Positions 57,049-64,000 of a stretch of 64,000 nt of DNA are shown here, piece after piece. The DNA comes from Dehalococcoidia bacterium (GTDB lineage: Bacteria; Chloroflexota; Dehalococcoidia; UBA2979), in assembly GCA_965262725.1 (NCBI GenBank), contig OZ253555.1:3424001-3488000 (forward strand). The letters are read 5' to 3'. The translations under genes were made by a program, and so were the position numbers. Below the pieces are notes generated by a model. It had not been told where the DNA came from. It worked only from the letters and a program-made list of their open reading frames with translations, and did no database searches. Numbering within the stretch: position 1 is the stretch's first letter; every line of letters starts with the position of its first letter.

Positions 57049-60000
57049 ATGAGTACGGTGGGCGTCGAGGAGCGCACGCGGGAGTTGGGGCTCGCCCTGC
57101 TCGCGGAGGCGGCGCGCTACCGGCCGGGCCCGGCGGAGCGCATCCAGGACTGGCTGCTGGGCCTGACCGCCGCCAATGAGCGCTTCCGCGCCCGCCTGCT
57201 TCGTTACCTCGACGTACTCGCCTCGGTCGACCACGACACCAGCGGCCTGGAGGCGAAGCGGCTCGCGGCCGAGTACTTCGGCGACGACTTCCCTGAGCTG
57301 CCCCGCGGACTGCGCTGGCTGCTCCGGCTCGCCCGCGACAAACACGTGCCGGCGCGCCTCATGGGCGAGACGTCGCGTCGCGGGGCCGAGCTGTTCGCAC
57401 GGCGCTTCATCATGCCTCCCGGCGCGGAGACGGTGGCCGAGACGGTACGGCAGCTGCGCGATCACGGCCGCCTCCCCTCGTTCGATCTGCTCGGGGAGGC
57501 CGTGCTCAGCGAGCGCGAGGCCGAGGCCTACCTCGAGCGCTACCTCGCACTCGTCCGGCAGCTCGCCGATGACGCCGCGGCCGGCGAGATCACGGCGGGT
57601 GGCGTGTTCGCGCTCCAGGTCTCGCTCAAGATCTCCTCACTCACCGCGCACTTCAGCCCCGTCGACCCCGACGGCACGATCGCGCGCGTTCGTCCCCCGC
57701 TCGAGGCGATCGTCGAGGCGGCGGAGACTGCGGGCGTCGGCGTCACGGTCGACATGGAGCAGTTCGAGTACCGCGACCTCACGTGGGAGATGTTCACCCG
57801 CACGTTCGCGCGCGGCGAGCGCTTCGGCGGCTGGCCGGGCGCGGGGATCGTGTTGCAGGCCTACCTGCGCGAGGCCGACGCCCACGCGGATGCCCTCGTC
57901 GCGTTCGCCCGGGTGCGCGGCGTCCCGTTCCAGGTGCGGCTGGTCAAGGGCGCGTACTGGGACTACGAGAACATCGTCGCCCGCGCGGCAGGCTGGAGGC
58001 CGCCGGTCTTCACTCGCAAGGCCGCCACGGACGCGGCGTTCGAGCGCGTGCTCGCGCGACTGGTGAGAGCGCACCCGGCGCTCCACGTGGCGGTCGGAAG
58101 CCACAACGCGCGCGCCCACGCGCTGGCCGAGGCGCTCGCGGAGGCCTCGGGTCTCCCGCAGGGGGCGGTGGAACACCAGACGCTCTTCCGCACGGCTGAG
58201 GGCACGAGCCGCGCACTGGCGGGGCTCGGCTGGGCGGCCCGCGACTACGTGCCGTCGGGTGAGCTGCTGCCGGGCATGGCCTACCTGGTGCGGCGCGTGC
58301 TCGAGAACTCCTCGCAGGCCGGCATCCTCCTGCAGGGACGCACCGGCGCACCGCCCGAGGAGCTGCTACGCGCCCCGCCCGCGCTCGGGCCGGCTGCGCA
58401 GCCCCCGCCCGCGGCGTCGGGAGGACTCAAGCGGACGCCGGAGGCGCGCTGGTTCGACCCGGACTTCCGCGATGCGTTCGAGGCGGCGCTCGCCTCGACT
58501 CGCGCGCGCTGGGGAGAGCGCGTCGCGCTGCGCGCCGGCGGGGTTGCGCTGCCCGCCGCCGAGACGCGCGCGGTGCAGAGTCCCTCGCACCCCGAGGCAG
58601 AGCCGGTGGGCGTCGTCGAGTTCGCGGCCGCCGAGAGCGCCGGGCGCGCGATCGCCGTCGCCGCCTCGGGGCTCCGCGGCTGGGCGGCCAGGCCGGCGGC
58701 GGAACGGGCGTCGGTGCTGCGTCGGGCGGCCGATCTGCTCCGGGTGCGAGGCCACGAGTTTGCCGCGTGGATCGTGCACGAGGGCGGCCGCGACCGCGCC
58801 GGCGCGTGGACCGAGGTCGAGGAGGCGATCGATTTTCTGCACTACTACGCATCGCAGGCGGAGGCACTGTTCGGGGCGTTTGGTGACCGCATCGCGCCCC
58901 GGGGCGTGGTGGCCGTGATCCCGCCGTGGAACTTCCCCCTCGCGATCCCCAGCGGAATGACGGCGGCGGCTCTCGCCTGCGGGAACGCGGTCATCCTCAA
59001 GCCCGCCGAGCAGACGCCGCTGCTCGGCGGGCGCCTCGCCGCGCTGCTGCACGAGGCCGGCGTGCCCGACGACGCGCTGATCTCTCTACCCGGCCGCGGC
59101 GAGACGGTCGGTGCCGCGCTGGCGGAGAGCTCCGATGTCTCCATGGTGGCGTTCACGGGGTCGCGCGCCGTCGGCACGCTGCTCCACGAGATCGTCGCGC
59201 GCGTCGAGCCCGCCGGCGGGGCGGCGACGAAGACGCTCGTCGCGGAGATGGGGGGCAAGAACTCGGTGCTCGTCTTCCCGGACGCCGACCCCGACGAGGT
59301 CGTGGACGGCGTCATCCGCTCCGCCTTCGGGCACGCCAACCAGAAGTGCTCGGCGGCCTCGCTCATCCTCGTGGCGGAGCCCGCCTACGAGCCGATCCGC
59401 GACCGTCTGGTCGAGGCCGCGCGCAGCCTCCGCGCCGGGAGGGCCGACGCGCCCGGGACGCAGATCAATCCGGTCATCGATCGCGACGCCCGTGAGCGGC
59501 TCCTGCGCGACGCCGAGACCGCCCGCGCCGAAGGGGAGGTGCTCCTCGATCGCTTCGAGGAGCCTGCCGCGGTCGGCGGGCAGCTGGCGCTCGGTCCGCT
59601 CGTGATCGAGCTCCCGGCCTGGCGAGCGCGCGAAGCGCGCACGACGACCGAGGAGCTCTTCGGCCCGATCCTCGCGCTGATCCCGTTCGCGACCGAGGAG
59701 GAAGCCTACGCGGTCGCGAACGGGACGGACTACGGGCTCACCGCCGGCGTCTTCTCGCGCAGCCCCGCGACCATCGAGCGCGCCGCCCGGGCGCTCGAGG
59801 CCGGCAACATTTACGCCAACCGCGCCATCACGGCGGCGCGCGTCGGCGTCGAGCCGTTCGGTGGAATGAAGATGTCCGGCACCGGCCCGAAAGCCGGCGG
59901 AGCCGACTATCTCTGGGCGTTCGTGCACCGCACCGACGCGCCCGCAGGCGAGTGCGACGCTCCGCAAGAGGCTTCATCGTCCGGCGGGGAGACACGGCGG

Positions 60001-60684
60001 CCCGCCCTGCCGTCGGGCGGCTGGGACGAGGAGCTCGACGCGCGCATCGACGTCGTCGAGCGCGCCGCGGTGCTGCTCGCCGAAGACGGTCGCAGCGAGG
60101 ACGCCTCCGCGCTGCTGACGGCGGCGCAGGCCGCCCGCCGCGAGCTCGGACGCCCGCAGCCGACGATCCCGGTCGCCGGCCAGCGCACCGAGTTGCGATA
60201 CGACACCCCCCGCGGTATCGGCCTGCTCCACGCGGCGGGGCGAGATGCGGCGTGGTGGCTCGTCGCGCCGCTGCTCGCGGGGAACGCTCTCGCGCTCTTC
60301 TCCTCGCCGGCGCTCCCACCGGTCGTGGACGCGCTCCTCCGCGCGGGCATGGCCCCGGAGGCCGTGCGCCCCGGCGGGGGTGTCGACTCCATGCTCCGGG
60401 CGGCCCGCCGTCCCGAGGTCGCCTTCGCCGCGTCGGACGGCGGCGCCGGGTTCGCACGAGCGCTCAATAGAGAGCTGGGCGCGACCGCTCCCGGGCAGCG
60501 CTCGCTGAAGGCGCTGCTCTCCCGCCTCGACGGTCCCCAGGCGGGTGAGCCGGGCTTCGTGCAGCGCTTCGCGTGGCCGAGGGTCGTCGCGGTGCGCACG
60601 TTGCGCCACGGGGCCGACCTGGGGCTGGGGTCGGGTCGACACGCCGGGGGCGGCGCGGGCAGCCGGTGGGCGCCGGGCGGCTAG
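57049..60684 (+). CDS. putA: Bifunctional proline dehydrogenase / P5C dehydrogenase
   Basis: DLLGEA, VDME, VRLVKGAYWDYE, MAYLVRRVLEN, PWNFPLAI, EMGGKN, QKCSA. Confidence 0.93.
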   Translation: MSTVGVEERTRELGLALLAEAARYRPGPAERIQDWLLGLTAANERFRARLLRYLDVLASVDHDTSGLEAKRLAAEYFGDDFPELPRGLRWLLRLARDKHVPARLMGETSRRGAELFARRFIMPPGAETVAETVRQLRDHGRLPSFDLLGEAVLSEREAEAYLERYLALVRQLADDAAAGEITAGGVFALQVSLKISSLTAHFSPVDPDGTIARVRPPLEAIVEAAETAGVGVTVDMEQFEYRDLTWEMFTRTFARGERFGGWPGAGIVLQAYLREADAHADALVAFARVRGVPFQVRLVKGAYWDYENIVARAAGWRPPVFTRKAATDAAFERVLARLVRAHPALHVAVGSHNARAHALAEALAEASGLPQGAVEHQTLFRTAEGTSRALAGLGWAARDYVPSGELLPGMAYLVRRVLENSSQAGILLQGRTGAPPEELLRAPPALGPAAQPPPAASGGLKRTPEARWFDPDFRDAFEAALASTRARWGERVALRAGGVALPAAETRAVQSPSHPEAEPVGVVEFAAAESAGRAIAVAASGLRGWAARPAAERASVLRRAADLLRVRGHEFAAWIVHEGGRDRAGAWTEVEEAIDFLHYYASQAEALFGAFGDRIAPRGVVAVIPPWNFPLAIPSGMTAAALACGNAVILKPAEQTPLLGGRLAALLHEAGVPDDALISLPGRGETVGAALAESSDVSMVAFTGSRAVGTLLHEIVARVEPAGGAATKTLVAEMGGKNSVLVFPDADPDEVVDGVIRSAFGHANQKCSAASLILVAEPAYEPIRDRLVEAARSLRAGRADAPGTQINPVIDRDARERLLRDAETARAEGEVLLDRFEEPAAVGGQLALGPLVIELPAWRAREARTTTEELFGPILALIPFATEEEAYAVANGTDYGLTAGVFSRSPATIERAARALEAGNIYANRAITAARVGVEPFGGMKMSGTGPKAGGADYLWAFVHRTDAPAGECDAPQEASSSGGETRRPALPSGGWDEELDARIDVVERAAVLLAEDGRSEDASALLTAAQAARRELGRPQPTIPVAGQRTELRYDTPRGIGLLHAAGRDAAWWLVAPLLAGNALALFSSPALPPVVDALLRAGMAPEAVRPGGGVDSMLRAARRPEVAFAASDGGAGFARALNRELGATAPGQRSLKALLSRLDGPQAGEPGFVQRFAWPRVVAVRTLRHGADLGLGSGRHAGGGAGSRWAPGG

Positions 60685-61283
60685 CCCGTAGCGGTTCCCG
60701 CCATCCCGAGCACGCCGCGCAGCGCCTCGATGCTCCCGAGGTGGCGGTAGGCATGGATCGCGTGGAACTGCACGCAGTAGGCCACCGTGGTGACGCCCAC
60801 CTGCGTGCCGTAGTAGTGCTCGCACGCCTCGCCGAGCGCGGAGGCATCGAGCGCCCGAATCGCCTCGTCAGCCGCGCCGAAGGCGTCGCGCGCGTAGCCG
60901 AGCAGCGCCTCACGGCCCGGGAAGCACATCGAGAGGGTCGACTCGTCCTCCATCTGCGAGCCCGCCTCCCGGTGACCCAGCGCGGCCGGATCGAGGCCCC
61001 AGGCCGTGGCGATTTCTCGCGTGTGCCAGATCTGCGACCGCGCCCCCAGACGCTCGGCCAGGGTCGGCGTCGCCTGCGCGAGACTTGCCTGCGTCACGTC
61101 GGCCCAGCGCGCCATGTGCCAGAGGTGCCAGCCGATGCACGGCACCGTGCGCCCGCCCGACTGAAAGAGCCGGCGCTCGCTGAGCTCCGCGGTGATCTTC
61201 AGGAGCAAGACGTGGGCGGTCGTGACGCGATCCGTCAGCACGATGGCCGTCGCCTCGCCGCCGTCCTGAGCACCCGCCATCAT
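60681..61283 (-). CDS. DinB/DUF664-like protein
   Basis: IGWHLWHMARWAD...HAYRHLGSI. Confidence 0.75.
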   Translation of the reverse strand: MMAGAQDGGEATAIVLTDRVTTAHVLLLKITAELSERRLFQSGGRTVPCIGWHLWHMARWADVTQASLAQATPTLAERLGARSQIWHTREIATAWGLDPAALGHREAGSQMEDESTLSMCFPGREALLGYARDAFGAADEAIRALDASALGEACEHYYGTQVGVTTVAYCVQFHAIHAYRHLGSIEALRGVLGMAGTATG

Positions 61284-61505
61284 CCGCCTCCTGCTGCACC
61301 CCGCGCGTCCCCCCGGAGATGGTAGGACGCGCGCTGGCCTGATCGCACGCCCGCCCCGACGAGACGGGCGGCGGGGGCGCCGCGCGGGCCAGACGCTTCG
61401 CCTGACAGCGCGCCGCGTCCGGCCGTCGGGCGGCTGAGGGCGCGGCCTGAAACTGCTACCGTCGGGGTGGCCCACGGCGCCGGGCCGCTCCGAGGGGGGT
61501 TCGTG

Positions 61506-62336
61506 GTGAGCAGCAGCGTTCAGGTCGGCCGGGTCGAGATCGTCGCGCTGCTGGACGCGCCGCTCGGCGGCCCGCTCGGCGTGATCTTCCCCACCGTCGG
61601 CGAGCAGGAGTGGCAGCCGTACCGCGAGATCTATCCGCGATCCTGGGACGGCGCGCAGTTCAGCCATAACGCCCAGTGCTTCCTGCTCGTCACACCGACG
61701 GAGCGCGTGCTGGTCGACACCGGACTCGGACCGGGGCCGCACGCGATGCTCGGCGGCGCGACCGGGGCGCTGCTCGACGACCTCCGCGACGCCGGAACGG
61801 GGCCCGGCGAGATCGACCGGGTGGTCTTCACGCACCTGCACGGCGACCACATCGGCTGGACGGTGCGCGACGGAGCGGCCACCTTCCCCGCGGCCCGCCA
61901 CCTGGTGCCGCACGCCGACTGGGAGCACTTTCGCGCTCCGGACGGCGGGGAGACGGACCCGGCCGTCGCGGCGCAGATCGAACCTCTCGAGGAGATGGGC
62001 CTTCTCGACCTCGTGGAGGGCGAACACTCCGTGACGCCGGAACTCACGCTGGTGCCGACGCCCGGCCACACGCCCGGCCACCAGAGCCTCCTCGTCACCT
62101 CGGGCGGCGAGCGGGCGCTGATCCTCGGCGACGTCGCCAATCACCCGGCCCAGGTGGAGGAGGTGGAGTGGTCACCGATCTTCGACGGCGACGCGGAGGC
62201 GGCAGCGCACACCAGGCGCGGCGTCATGGAGCGCCTCGAGCAGGGCGGCGATCTCGTCGCCGCCGGACACTTCCCGCACCCGGGATTCGGCCACATCGTG
62301 AGGCTGGAGGGTCGGCGCATCTTCCGGGCGCTCTGA
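61506..62336 (+). CDS. MBL-fold metallo-hydrolase
   Basis: THLHGDH, TPGHTPGH; related to 39915-40778. Confidence 0.9.
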   Translation: MSSSVQVGRVEIVALLDAPLGGPLGVIFPTVGEQEWQPYREIYPRSWDGAQFSHNAQCFLLVTPTERVLVDTGLGPGPHAMLGGATGALLDDLRDAGTGPGEIDRVVFTHLHGDHIGWTVRDGAATFPAARHLVPHADWEHFRAPDGGETDPAVAAQIEPLEEMGLLDLVEGEHSVTPELTLVPTPGHTPGHQSLLVTSGGERALILGDVANHPAQVEEVEWSPIFDGDAEAAAHTRRGVMERLEQGGDLVAAGHFPHPGFGHIVRLEGRRIFRAL

Positions 62337-62395
62337 TCGCGCCCGGCGCTCCGAGCCTCCCGGGCACGGCCGCGCGGCGCGGGTAGACTGCGCCG

Positions 62396-63748
62396 ATGTC
62401 CGATCACGCCCCGACTCCCCCGCGGAGCCCGCCGCGCATCTTCTGGGGCTGGTGGGTCTTCCTCGGAGCCTCGGTCGGGCAGTTCGTCACGGTCGGTTTC
62501 GGCCTGCAGGTCACCGGCGTCTTCCTAGAGCCGATGAGCGAAGACCTCGGCTGGACGCGCTCACAGTTCGTGCTGGCAGGATCGCTCGGCTTCATCGTCG
62601 GCGGCTTCGCGGCCTTCTTCGTCGGGCCACTCATCGACCGCTACGGGGCGCGGCCGCTGATGCTCGCCGGCGCCACCATCGCCGGCCTCGTTTTCTTTGT
62701 CACCTCACAGGTGCAGGAGCTGTGGCAGTTCATCGCCCTGCGCGGGCTGATCGGGCAGATCGGCCTCCTGATGATGGGTCCCCTCGTCGTCAACGTGGCG
62801 CTCGCGAAGTGGTTCGTTGCGCGACGCGGTGCCGTGATATCCCTCGCCTCGGTCGGCATCTCGCTCGGTGGGATCCTGCCGCCGATCCTGCTGACGCGCG
62901 TCGTGGACGCCGGAGGATGGCAGAGCGGCTGGGTCGTGCTCTCGGTCGCGATTGTGGTCCTCATTTACCCGGTCGCCCTGCTCATGCGGCGGCAACCCGA
63001 GGACTACGGGTGGCTCCCCGACGGTCGCACACACCGAGACGGCTCAGCGCTCAGCGTCGACGAGGCCCACGCGCAGGCACTCGCCGCGCGCGACTTCCAG
63101 GGCTCCTATACCCGCGCGGAGGCCCTCCGCACGCCGGCCCTCTGGGTGCTGGTCGCGGCGGTCGCCTTCGGCGTGGCCGCAGCGGGCTCGCTGGGAGTGC
63201 ATGCCATCCCGCTCCTCACCGACGCGGGCTTCAGCCGAAGCGAGGCGGCGCTCCTGTTCGGGATGCACGGCGGCTTCTCGCTTCTCTCGAAGTTCGTGTG
63301 GGCGTGGGCGCTGCAGCGCTGGCCGGTGAAGCCGCTCGCCGTGCTGACGATGTCGAGCCTCGCGGTGGCGCTGCTGCTTCTGGTCACCGTCGCGGAAGCC
63401 GGCTCGCTCCCCCTGATGTTCCCGGTCGTGGCTCTGTGGGGAAGCGCCGTCGGCGGCTTCCTCCCCATCACCGAGTTCATCTGGGCTTCCTACTTCGGCC
63501 GGCGCCACCTCGGCGCCGTGCGGAGCACGGGCCTGCCGATCTCCGTCATCTTCGGGGGGGCGGCGCCGGTGCTGGCGGGGCTCTACTTCGACCGCGTCGG
63601 GGACTACCGGGGCGCCTTCTTCGTGCTCACGCTGCTCATGCTCGCCTCCGCGGCGCTGCTGGCGTTCGCGCGCCGGCCACCCGTGAAGACAGCCGGCGTT
63701 CCGCCCACCGGTGGGCGGGGCGCGGCGGGAGCCCGCCCGGCTGCCTGA
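62396..63748 (+). CDS. MFS transporter
   Basis: FWGWWV, GPLIDRYGAR, FGRRHLGAVR. Confidence 0.9.
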   Translation: MSDHAPTPPRSPPRIFWGWWVFLGASVGQFVTVGFGLQVTGVFLEPMSEDLGWTRSQFVLAGSLGFIVGGFAAFFVGPLIDRYGARPLMLAGATIAGLVFFVTSQVQELWQFIALRGLIGQIGLLMMGPLVVNVALAKWFVARRGAVISLASVGISLGGILPPILLTRVVDAGGWQSGWVVLSVAIVVLIYPVALLMRRQPEDYGWLPDGRTHRDGSALSVDEAHAQALAARDFQGSYTRAEALRTPALWVLVAAVAFGVAAAGSLGVHAIPLLTDAGFSRSEAALLFGMHGGFSLLSKFVWAWALQRWPVKPLAVLTMSSLAVALLLLVTVAEAGSLPLMFPVVALWGSAVGGFLPITEFIWASYFGRRHLGAVRSTGLPISVIFGGAAPVLAGLYFDRVGDYRGAFFVLTLLMLASAALLAFARRPPVKTAGVPPTGGRGAAGARPAA

Positions 63749-63778
63749 ACGCCAGGCCTCCCCGGCCGGCCGGCGCCC

Positions 63779-64000
63779 TCAGAGGTCGGGGTCAGTGAGG
63801 AAGGCACGGACCTCCCGCGCCCACACGTCCGGCGCCTGCTGCGCGTAGAAGTTCCCCTCGCTCGGCAGGCGCACGCCGCGGGCGTTCGTGAGGGTCGCGA
63901 CGAACTTCTCGTGCGAGCGCCCGAGCTGGCTGCCCGTCCCGTGGATCACCAGCGTCAGGGCCTGGATGCGCGGGACCGTCTCCCAGATGTCGTGGTGCGT
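63779..64000 (-). CDS. Alpha/beta hydrolase C-terminus (partial), third paralogue
   Basis: WETVPRIQALTLVIHG...GRSHEKF...RGVRLP...AFLTDPDL* resembles the end of 28604-29425. Confidence 0.75.
   Translation of the reverse strand, partial: THHDIWETVPRIQALTLVIHGTGSQLGRSHEKFVATLTNARGVRLPSEGNFYAQQAPDVWAREVRAFLTDPDL

Overview
High-GC bacterial chromosome segment. The gene content (expanded acyl-CoA dehydrogenase, luciferase-like, CoA-transferase and MFS paralogues, a Ddn-type reductase) suggests Chloroflexota/Dehalococcoidia-like or actinobacterial origin; this is inference only. From left to right: (i) a stack of IS remnants (IS110 right end, istB, IS3-type) beside tRNA-Ser and an integrase relic; (ii) a ~27 kb CoA-dependent catabolic region with many paralogue pairs and pseudogenes; (iii) an ABC-2 exporter; (iv) a lower-GC aminotransferase / NTP-transferase-PLP fusion / LicD islet at tRNA-Asn; (v) housekeeping genes (prfA, hisS, rel, putA) and tRNAs; (vi) the highlight, a nested IS110 structure at 51355-56582. 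An outer IS110 sits at a duplicated CT core in a VOC gene and is itself split at a CT core by a head-to-tail dimer of an unrelated IS110. Both elements have upstream non-coding regions that fold into two-loop bridge-RNA-like structures. Their guide segments match the actual insertion sites and their own end junctions, fully for the outer element and on the 3' guides for the inner one. The inner element has inverted core polarity and Thr at the expected catalytic Ser. No CRISPR array or rRNA was seen. All family assignments come from motif recognition by eye, not database searches.
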